A DNA stretch of 64,000 bases, taken from positions 2,085,882 through 2,149,881 of the forward strand of contig NW_003314281.1 in assembly GCF_000143415.4 (NCBI RefSeq), read 5' to 3'. The notes beneath the pieces are model-generated. The model searched no databases, had not been told where the DNA came from, and saw nothing but the letters and a program-made list of their open reading frames with translations. The position numbers and the translations under genes were made by a program. Origin of the DNA: Selaginella moellendorffii (Eukaryota > Plantae > Lycopodiophyta). Of this stretch, positions 51,101-61,134 are shown in pieces. Positions within the stretch are counted from its first letter, which is position 1, and each line of letters begins with the position of its first letter.

Positions 51101-52830
51101 TGTAAACGACTAAATTTTCCATTCTACTTTAGTCACTTAACCACACCTCCGACCACTTGGAGGAGTCTCATTCACAACCTCCATAAGTCCAATCCAGGAC
51201 TTGGGACTTGCTAGCCCCGAGAATGGCATCCATGCCACTCAACATTTGCACTTGGTCCAAGTGCTCCACGTGTCCGATCCCATGACCGACACTCAAAGGT
51301 ACCACCGACATAGCAGCCCGTTACGCTAAGGCCATGCCCAATCACCTTTGCCACACTGGTAGTCCACTACCACTTGCATCACAGTCTTGGCTCTCCAAGA
51401 CTAGGCAAACCATCCGTGAGTGGTCATCTCAGATCCACTCCTTAGCATCCTTAGGATGCCCACCGACAAGGGGAATAGCCTTCCCCAATATCCCTTGGTC
51501 ACTACCCCAGAGGACTGCGCCTCTTACTCTCCACAGTCTGGGCCTTTGGGACAACATTTCGGAACACCGTGGCCTTACGCAAGCCACCTGGGTACTCTCC
51601 TCGCCTTTCGTCTTTAGGTGCTCTAGCCATGGGCTTAGAGCGAGGTTCCGTTGAGCCACGACAGGTATCCAAGTAGGTAGTGCCACCCACACTTGGACTG
51701 GGAGCATCGGCCAGTCGATCTCCCGGGGGAACTAGAGCCGGCTCTTGAACACTTCACCAAGTTACCCCACTTGTCGGTCTGTGTTCACTCTAGTCTTGGA
51801 CTTCCCAGTGGGCAGCTCCTCACCCAACACTGGGTCCGGCCTTCCTGGGCCAAACTGGCCTTTCCTGGCCAAACTGGCTCCACTGCAGTCCTCCCCCTAC
51901 TATACTTTTGGAGCTCACCAAACCCCCCAGGGTCTGGGAGACGAACGCTTTGGGCTTTCACCCTCTCAGGCTCCGGACTCGGACTCGGACTCGGACTCGG
52001 ACTCGGACTCGGACTCGGACTCGGACTCGGACTCGGACTCGGGCTCGGGCTCGGTCTCGGCCTCGGCCTCGGTCTCGGTCTTGGTCCCGATCTCGGTCTC
52101 GGTCTCGGTCTCGGTCTCAGTCCCGGTCTCGGTCTCGACTTCGGACTCCATCTCGGACTCCATCTCGGACTCCATCTCGGGTCCATCTCGGACTCCATTT
52201 CGGGTCCATCTCGGGTCCACCTCGGACTCCATCTCGGACTCCATCTCGGACTCCATCTCGGGTCCATCTCGGACTCCACTTCGGACTCCATCTCGGGTCC
52301 ACCTCGGGTCCACCTCGGATCCACCTCGGACTCCACCTCGGGTCCATCTCGGACTCCACTTCAGACTCCAACTCGGGTCCATCTCGGACTCCACTTCGGA
52401 CTCCAACTCGGGTCCATCTCGGACTCCACTTCGGACTCCAACTCGGGTCCATCTCGGACTCCACTTCGGACTCCAACTCGGGTCCATCTCGGACTCCACT
52501 TCGGACTCCAACTCGGGTCCATCTCGGACTCCACTTCGGACTCCAACTCGGGTCCATCTCGGACTCCACTTCGGACTCCAACTCGAGTCCATCTCGGACA
52601 CTTCCACGTGTCATGTGTTGGTCCTTTTGGGTCCCTTTTTGGAGCCTCGCTTTTTACTCGCTTCGTGCTCGTTCCTCGAACACTTCGTTGGGAGTTCCAC
52701 TCCCGCTCTTGACTTTTCAAGTCGGAGCTTTTGGTCCAAACGTGTTACGCTCGTTTGGCTCTCGCTTCGGCCACTACCATGTGGCGCCCTTCCAGCTCCA
52801 CTTTGGGGCCTAGGGATTTTGTGTCTCACA
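51101..52830. mobile_element. Young solo LTR (1730 bp) with a perfect 5-bp TSD
   Basis: GATGC|TGTAAACGAC...GTGTCTCACA|GATGC; no retroviral coding sequence inside. Confidence 0.9.
51972..52600. repeat. (GGACTC)n/(GGTCTC)n microsatellite grading into a 35-bp minisatellite inside the solo LTR
   Basis: GGACTC run from ~51975. Unit actcgggtccatctcggactccacttcggactcca recurs with a 35-bp period (52371, 52406, 52441...) about 7 times. Confidence 0.95.
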
Positions 52831-54451
52831 GATGCTCTATTTCGTTAAAGTGGGATTTATTCAGTAAAATGGGACTAGGTACAAATTTTCAAGTATTTGA
52901 AAATGACGTGAAATTATATGTTTTTTGTCCAGGGGCTAGACATATCTGGGGCATGGTGACTAGCGCGGTGACTTTGTGTCCAGACTGAGTCCATCTGGTT
53001 GTATAATAAATCTTATTGTCAAGGTGAACAAGCCGAATTTGAAGCTAAAGAAGAGCGATGGCATGCGCGCACACACTATTTGTTTGTTCATTGAGCATGT
53101 GGTGAGCTTTCCAAGATGAACATCATTCCTATTAGCCAGACATATAACTTAATGGTGAGAACATTTAGATATTATTCAATGTTATCTTTTTCTAACGAAT
53201 CTAATTGTGAAGGTGTAGCAAGAGGCATTGCTAGTCTGGAGAAGTCATTTAACTCATTTGACCCTTAGTGTATTTTCATAAAACTAAATAACATTCATAT
53301 TATTAAGGAATTTCTCTAGTACTTTTTTTTTATGACATAGAGGCTTGCATTTCTTTCAAAGGTGATTTAGTAAAAGGCCTGAGGGCACATGCCATTCTAT
53401 TTCTCAGACCGGTATTAAGATATACTAGTGCAAAGGGAAAAAGGTATTTGGTGATCAAGTAAATGGCATGAGGGCACACGCCATTATAAGCCTAAGCGCT
53501 AGTGGACACCTCCTTTTTGGTACTCTCAGCGGTACTATCATCCTTCTCCGGGTCAGTTGTTTTGCTTTGGATTGTTGTCTCTGACGTTACTGGGGCGTTC
53601 TCGATAGTTGTTAATGTTGCCGTTTGTTCAGAAAAATTATCACCTGGAGTATAATACGGGGAGTTTGGAAGACTTATATATTCTACATCTTCACCTATCT
53701 CCTTCTCCGTCTCCTTTTTAGCCTCACTTACAGATTTTGTGCTTGCCATGAGAACGCTCTTCACCCTAAAATATGGAGTTCGTTATGTTATAAAAGGAAA
53801 CCAACACACACGCTGCAAGGGAATGATGGTACATAAAGCACGTAAGCCCACAATATGGGTTTATGTGCCATTAATATGGGCCACACGCCATATTATTAAA
53901 TTTATGCACGTGTGATTGGTAAATGCCATCTTTGTTTTACCTCACACACTATATCAGGCCTAATGAACCATATCACATGTGCGCACATGCTATATATATG
54001 GAGAAGTATTATGCAAGGATAGAAAAATTCAATGCATGATTGTGGAGAGCAATGGCATGAAGCCACATGCTAAATAACATTTTAGAGAAAGAATTAAAAT
54101 AAAAACATGCAAACAATACTGAGTGGACCAAGACTTAGAAGTGCACAATTGAATGAGGTATTTCTAATAAATATTTCACTCACCTCATATAGGAATGGCT
54201 ACCACTCTCAAATGGCGTATCGCCTCATGCCATCACCTCGCAATTTGTTATAACAATCCGATGAATTCATATTCGGCTTGTTCACCTTGAACTTTAAGTA
54301 AGATTTGCTAGAACAACTAAGAATTTATACTTGTTATTTGTATCATCTCACCTAGGAATGGCGTAAGGCCACATGCCATCACGCCTCCTCTGATTCAGAT
54401 TCAAATTGTTCACCTTGAAATAAAATACATTAGAAACTTAGTAAAGGAATA

Positions 54452-57400
54452 TTAATGAATCTCACCTTGAACCCGGGTTATGAATGCTCTTGCTGCATCT
54501 CTTGCATGGTCTGGCAAGGTGATGGTGGCACTCTGCTTCCACATCCAACCATGCACAACATTATCCACCGATATGCTCATGCTGGGATCCCTTGGATTCA
54601 GCACCCATCTCTTTTCTAGGCAATCCTTCGTATATCCGGAACTTGGCTTGAACCACTCCACAGTTACATTGAAGGAGTTAGTTTTCGCGTCCTCCTCTGC
54701 ATCAGTGATGCAGCACCCCACCCATATCATTTGTTTTTTATTATTGGGTCTGACAAGCACGACCATTCCTTTGCAGACCTGTACTGGATTGAATGCTGAA
54801 TCCGGCTTCTTGTTCCTCGGCCCACAATAGTGATCCTCAACATCGTTATCTATCACTGCATTTCCAGAGGACATTGTTCCGCTACTATCTGGTGCTCTGG
54901 GTTCTGGCCAAAAGGACTCTTCCAATTCTTCATATACAACCGGCCCATTTTGGATAGCAGATATAATCTTCTCCCAGTATTCGAGCAAAGGCTTGCACCT
55001 CTAAAAATAGGATTCTCCACCAAACACCAACCCCCTCTTCCAGAAGGCAATATGCTGTCTAATCCTGGCCACTATACTTTCCTGGTCTTTGAGTCCATCC
55101 GGGTGCATCGGCCGTGGAGAACCCTGAGGAATCATAGGTTCCCTAGTTATGGGATCTCTCTTGAAGAGTTCAATGCTGTCCACTGGCAGCCACACTGTGT
55201 CCCATTCTCTCATCTTGTACCTCATCACTGGAGCACCGTCACGCATGCTGAAATGAAACTGAAGAGGCTTGGAGTGGCCAATCAGCGTTTCGGATCCGTC
55301 CTTGATGTAGCCTCTTACAAACCCCTTAAAGTCTGGAACCTCTGTCACAAGTGCAGCTTCAATAGTGCCTTTGATGCAATTTTGGAATTCATCGTAGAGT
55401 TGTGGGAGGGTGAGGACATTGGATCGCCGGAGGGACTCTGCTAGGTGACTGAACATGGCATCGACGTCTTCATGAGTGTGCCCAACCATGAGAAAGCCAA
55501 GTGTAACCGTTTCAAATATGCCTTTGGCAACAAGCATCACCAAGTACATGAAGACGTACATGTTTTTGTTCTCACTGCCAGCATTGTCTGTTTGGAGCAG
55601 AAGATGGGGTGGAAGGCCACATCAGCCGCAAGAACTTCCTTAAGATTCTGCTTCGTTTGGATGAGGCTGTGCATTCACCGGGCGACCAGCCTTGTCAGAA
55701 TGGCATGAGGCCTCACGTGATAACCTTACAATCTGACGGCCAACATATTCACTGGGATGGCATGGGGCCCCATGCGATACTGCAAGCCTTTGCTCCTCCT
55801 CCAGCTGAACCCTGTATGGGGTTCGATCGACAAGGGCCTTATGCAAGGGTTGGCCGTTCAGCTCAGTTTGCGCACTTTGCAGAGACCTTAAGTGTTTTGC
55901 TAGGGACGCAATCATCATGTTTGCACCCCTGCCACCCCATAGAGGTACAAAGAAGTTCCCATAGTTCTGGGCACCATGCCCATGAGCGATTATGCCAAAC
56001 AGAGACACAGGCAGCTGCATGGATGAAGAGATTGCCTTGGGGGCAGGATTGAGTCGAGGTAAGCACGTCTTTTTCTGGTCCATTTTGTCGTGGATGATGC
56101 AGAGGTAAGAGTCAGGTCTCTCCATGGAGAGAATCCTGTTATGATAATATGCAGTCCTGCAGCTTCTCTGCTCGATGTTGTGGTCGAGCCGCCTTCTAAC
56201 CAACGTCTCTCGCTCTTGAGCGATGCAAGAATTCTTCGACAAAGCCATTTTGATAGCAGTGCACTCGTCACACTTTGAAAAGCTGGAGTACTTTCCTATA
56301 CTCACATCCCTGAACCTGTTGCTCCACAATCTACTAAATCTAGATTGGCTCAGCTTCCTGTAGCCATTACTCTAGAGTTCCCGATTCGCATCTTCCAATA
56401 TGGCCCCCTTGGTATACATGGAAGGGAGAACTCGTTGGGTGTCTCGTGTTCCATCTTCCAAGAGGCGGGTTTTATGTGGTTGCTGCTCGCTACATGTCTC
56501 GACAAACCTCTTGAAGATTGCCTCTCCATATACAACATGACCCCTGGTTTTGTGAGTACCGTCGTTCCCATGGACTGCCTGTTGAACCCTTTGTTCCTCG
56601 AACTCAGTTTTGATTCTGTAGAATGTGCTTCGAGGGACTCCATAAATGATTCTCCATGCCTTCATGCAAACCAAACCCCTCTGGAAGACCATGCCCCCCA
56701 ACTGATGTTCTGAAGCATCAACAGATGACTGTAATGCCTCATACACAAAATTGCGAGCTGCCTTCCAGGACAATGTCTTGTATCTTGCTCTCTCCTCTTC
56801 AATAGCATCCCAATCAGCATGTTGACAGCACCTCCTCTTGCAACAAGCAACTGTCGAGACCATTCGAACCTCCATCGCCATTTTCTGCCTTTTCGGTTCG
56901 TTGCTTAGATCCCTTTGGCTGCGCTTTAGGAAGGTGTACTTTCTTTTCCCATGAAGAGATGTTCTGCCATCAGTTGTAGTGGTGTTTGATTGTGAATCCT
57001 TCACATTCTCAAACACTAAGTGCCTCAATTTCCACCGCACAATACTTCCAATAGTCAGACTGTTTTCTTCTGTGTCAACAACCTCTAAAATCGCAACTCC
57101 AATATCATCCCAGCCCAATTCTTGATTAGCAACCGCATCTCTTGGATCGACAACTGTGGCTAAGCCCTCAACTACCACCTCCCCCTCGGGGTTGTTTAGA
57201 AACACCTTTGCCTAAATCCATGTAGCACGGTTCTTAAGATCCACGGAGGGAACATGCGTCGCACTTGCGCTGTCCCCAACATCTGCTTTCTTCTGAAGAT
57301 TTTTCAAGGCAACAACAACATTTACCCGGACGACCATCTCTCCTCGTTCAATAGCGACCACATTCCCATCGAAGACAGTCTCTACTGATACAGCAGCATT

Positions 57401-57520
57401 GCCTTCCCCAAGCCTTTCACAGTGTATAACAAAGTTCCGATCCATAGACACAAGGGTCCCTTTTGCAACTCTCTTCCCACCATTCAAAATGTAAACCTTT
57501 TCCCCAACCCTGAAGGCCAT
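54452..57520 (-). pseudogene. ~1020-codon transposase frame (Sola/DUF7869-like DDD core) broken by in-frame stops only
   Basis: Five ORF-track pieces share one frame. Motifs are FSKCDEC, YLCIIHDKMDQKKT, LLLQTDNAGSENKN and FLMVGHTHEDVDAMFS. Two N-terminal Tnp1/En/Spm-like modules (VAKG...LG; VVEG...LGWDD...GSIVRW) and a C-terminal BAH/SH3-like module (GMVVLVRP...WVG...VEWFKP) are also present. Confidence 0.75.
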
Positions 57521-57708
57521 TCTGAAAGTGCAGTAAAGAAGTTAAGACCATACAAAAAATGATTGGAGAATGGCCTAAATCATAACATACCAAACAACCT
57601 CAATAGCATGAGGCCACATGCCATTATTCAAACATGCTATTGACACCCACGTGAAATTTCGCATTCACAAAATTGGCATGAGCCCTCATGCCATTAGTGG
57701 TACCACTA

Positions 57709-57900
57709 ATGGCATGAGGCCTCACGCTATCTTTGACCCCTGCTAGCCTGTTGCTATATTCCTTTTGCCTTGCTGCAACTGTATATATTTTTGTGTGCGT
57801 GACTAGTCACCCATACAAAAATATATACAATTGCAGCAAGGCAAAAGGAATATGGCAATAGGCTAGCAGGGGCCAAAGATTGCATGAGGCCTCATGCCAT
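57709..57900. repeat. ~190-bp foldback (long inverted repeat) capped by the 22-bp palindrome at each end
   Basis: Left arm ...ctttgacccctgctagcctgttgctatattccttttgccttgctgcaactgtatatatttttgt... pairs with right arm ...acaaaaatatatacaattgcagcaaggcaaaaggaatatggcaataggctagcaggggccaaag..., centred on gtgactagtcac. Confidence 0.92.
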
Positions 57901-58344
57901 CTTGATATACACACAGCTGCAGGTAAGTAAAAACATACATGACAATACGCTAGCCATGAAATTGCAAGGGCCCAAGATGGCATGTGGCCTCATGCCATTT
58001 CTAAATGTGGTCCTAAGCCATTCCATGGTGAACATACCAGGAAGCACAAGTGCCGAATATCAAGAGGAAGCGGTAGCCACACCAAAGACAGTGCCGCTCG
58101 CAACACCGCAACTACTCGTAGCGCCGCTCGCAACACCGCAACTGCTCGTAGCGCCGCTCGCACAAACTGCCACTCGCATAAACTGCCGCTCGCAATGGCG
58201 CTCGCAATGCCGCAACCGCTCGTAGACGCATAAACCACAGCTCACAACGCCGCTTACACAAGCAGCGCTCACTGCGCTCAGTGGAACCAAGAACATGGCG
58301 CACAAAAATGATAGACCTAGGAATGAGTTCGAGAATTCAAAAAT

Positions 58345-60245
58345 AACACACGCTTGAACGTCACATCAAATCCTCTGACAAACCAGATCTTATGATTCCT
58401 TTGACAAATTTTAAACTGAGTAGCTTCTAGACTTTGCTGTCGGAGGTTGAACTTTGTCACATCATCGATCCAGCTGTGCCATGTCAGTGATTTGAACTTT
58501 GCCATGCCATGTCAGCGATCCGCGCCAAGATTATTCGCCATGTAAAGGAATAATTATGTTGTGTGTGTACGTCCATTTATGGCAATATAAGGCCACACGC
58601 CATTCAAAGAATAATGCTAGTTGAGCATTTTTTGGTGCATTTTTGGGTTCAAAATTGCATGAGCCCACACGCTATAAAGTTTACCTGTACCAAAAATAGA
58701 AACAGCTTTATTTACTTGGGAATTTAAGTGGTTGAGGCATTTTTAAACTTACAAACACATGCCCTACTTACATTCCTTTGGTTGCTTAAAATTCAATAAT
58801 ATTATAAACCCTTCTTTTTGCATTTTCAATGTTTTCAATTATGGTTTTTGATTTTCGCAGGACCAGCCTAGTAATCTATTTGCATCCCGTCATGTTTATA
58901 GCTAGCTTTCGTTTGTCCCCTTCGCTAACCTGAGATACATCTGCTCGGCATCTGCCTCTTACAGCATTTGCCCAGAAAGGGCATCTTTCTTCACGTAGCA
59001 TTTGCCACATGTTTAGGGTTTAGGGTTTAGGGTTTAGCAATTCAGTAGCTTGATAAACATGCAAATACAAAACTTGATGCAAAATCCTTTGCTATGTCAG
59101 GACCATAAACACACTTCAAAAGAGAGGGTCCTTTCATTTCATAACTCCTTACGTAGATCTTGGTGAAACCAGAGTTAGTGAAGTTAGTTTCTTGTGATGC
59201 CGCATCTGATTGTGATGTCCCTTTGTAGTGTCAATGGAAAGGTCAATGCACACTAAACTGTAAAATCTTGGAGCAAAATAACGGTCGGATCTATGGCAAA
59301 TGCCCCTGAAACATTGTAAGGCTCGTGTGGTCTCATGTGGTGTCCGATCGAGATGCTTTTTTGCAGGGTCATCAAGAAAGACATTGTATACCATTCTATA
59401 AAATCTAGTTGCGATCTAACGGTTGGATCTCCAGAAAACTCAAAAAAATCTCACACGTGTCAGAATATTCTAGGAATATACTCCTATGCGCCCTTAAAAA
59501 TGGCATGCGGCCCCACGCCATTCAAGAGATAACGCCAGATGACGCCGAGCATTTTGTGGTGCATTTTTTGGGATCAAAATTGCATGAGCCCACACGCTTG
59601 AACGTCACATCAAATCCTTTGACAAACCAGATCTTATTATTCCTCTGACAAATTTCAAACTGAGTAGCTTCTAGACTTTGCTGTCGGAGGTTGAACTTTG
59701 TCACATCATGTCCTTGCCTCGATCCAGCTGTGCCATGTCAGTGATTCGAACTTTGCCATGCCATGTCAGCGATCCGCGCCAAGATTATTCGCCGTGTAAC
59801 TGCTCGGCATCTGCCTCTTACAGCATTTGCCCAGAAAGGGCATCTTTCTTCACGCAGCATTTGCCACATGTTTAGGGTTTAGGGTTTAGCAATTCAATAG
59901 CTTGATAAACATGCAAATACAGAACTTGATGCAAAATCGTTTGATATGTCAGGACCATAAACACATTTCAATAGAGAGGGTCCTTTCATTTCATAACTCC
60001 TTACGTAGATCTTGGTGAAACCAGAGTTAGTGAAGTTGGTTTCTTGTGATCCTGCATCTGTGATGTCCCTTTGCAGTGTCGATGGAAAGGTCAATGCACA
60101 CCAAACTGTAGAATCTTGGAGCAAAATAACGGTCGGATCTATGGCAAATGCCCCTGAAACATTGTAAGGCTCGTATGGTCTCATGTGGTGTCCAATCGAG
60201 ATGCTTCTTTGCAGGGTCATCAAGAAGGACATTGTATACCATTCT
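58345..60245. repeat. Imperfect, rearranged internal direct duplication, each copy with TTTAGGG units
   Basis: ~58347-58545 matches ~59591-59799; ~58941-59397 matches ~59800-60245; ~58590-58672 matches ~59509-59598. TTTAGGG x3 at ~59012-59036 and x2 at ~59871-59889. Confidence 0.85.
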
Positions 60246-61134
60246 TTATTTAGCTGAACATCTGGCATTTTTGGAAATACAAGATGCTTTGGAATATCCA
60301 ATCATGCATGGTATAAATATAGCGAGGGTATTAAATGATATCCCAATCATGATCTTTCCTTTGGATTTCGCGTGCATGCAGTCCGAGGAATGATGAGGTT
60401 GCGGATTTCTTTTGGATTTCACGTGCATGCATGCGCGCGGCGATCCAGAAATTAATGGTGGCGCCCAAGTCCGAGGAATGATGACGTGGCGGGATTACCA
60501 ACCGTCGTGACATTTCGCGCGTGTGAGGTTAGGTTTTGCATCGTACTCGCGCTCGCACACTCGCGCTCGCATCGCACTCCCACTCGCGATCACGCTCACA
60601 TTTGCGCTCATCTACCTTCTCTACAGGTTTCTCATGTGCATCGGCATCCACTCGCGCTTGCATCACACTCGCGCTTGCATCGCGCTCGTGTGCATCGGCA
60701 TCCACTTCAAGACACACCCAGTTTGTAACTTCGCCGCCAACTCCGGCGCCCACTCCGCCACCCACACGCAGCCCACTTGGCGTCCCGGGAGATTTCAGCG
60801 CCACTCTCCAACTGTAAGAGGCAGAGTAGCGTTGCTGCTACGATCCGCTGCACACACAGTGCACATTCACCAGCGAGTCCGGCCTCGATTGTCATGCCTC
60901 CATTCGGCTTTAAATGGTAAGTCTTTTAGGCCAAGTAGAAAATGGCATGAGGCCACATGCCATTCAGTAGCAACATTGGCATGCACTGATTGGGCTCTCG
61001 AGTGCAGTCCGGTTACAGATGGCATGTAGCCTCACGCCATCTTAGGATGCAGCCTCAAGACATCTGATGCAGTGGTGAATGGCGTGTGGCCTCACGTTAT
61101 TTCCAGCTGCTTGCTTTTCATCTGTCAGCTCTAA

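Noticed and set aside
51693-52848. Long ORFs of 165-367 aa in several frames (poly-GL, SD, RT, PR)
   Set aside because: They arise from stop-free GGACTC-type repeats inside a solo LTR and are open on both strands, so they are not credible proteins. The same applies to the 30270-30778 and 33328-33836 ORFs.
57884-58305. Short ORFs with ATPQLLVAPL-type repeats
   Set aside because: Derived from a short GC-rich tandem repeat (gcgccgctcgca) in the probable 5' region of the transposase; no evidence of coding.
59012-59889. TTTAGGG runs as a telomere or chromosome-fusion site
   Set aside because: Only 2-3 units, and the two occurrences are copies within one internal duplication.
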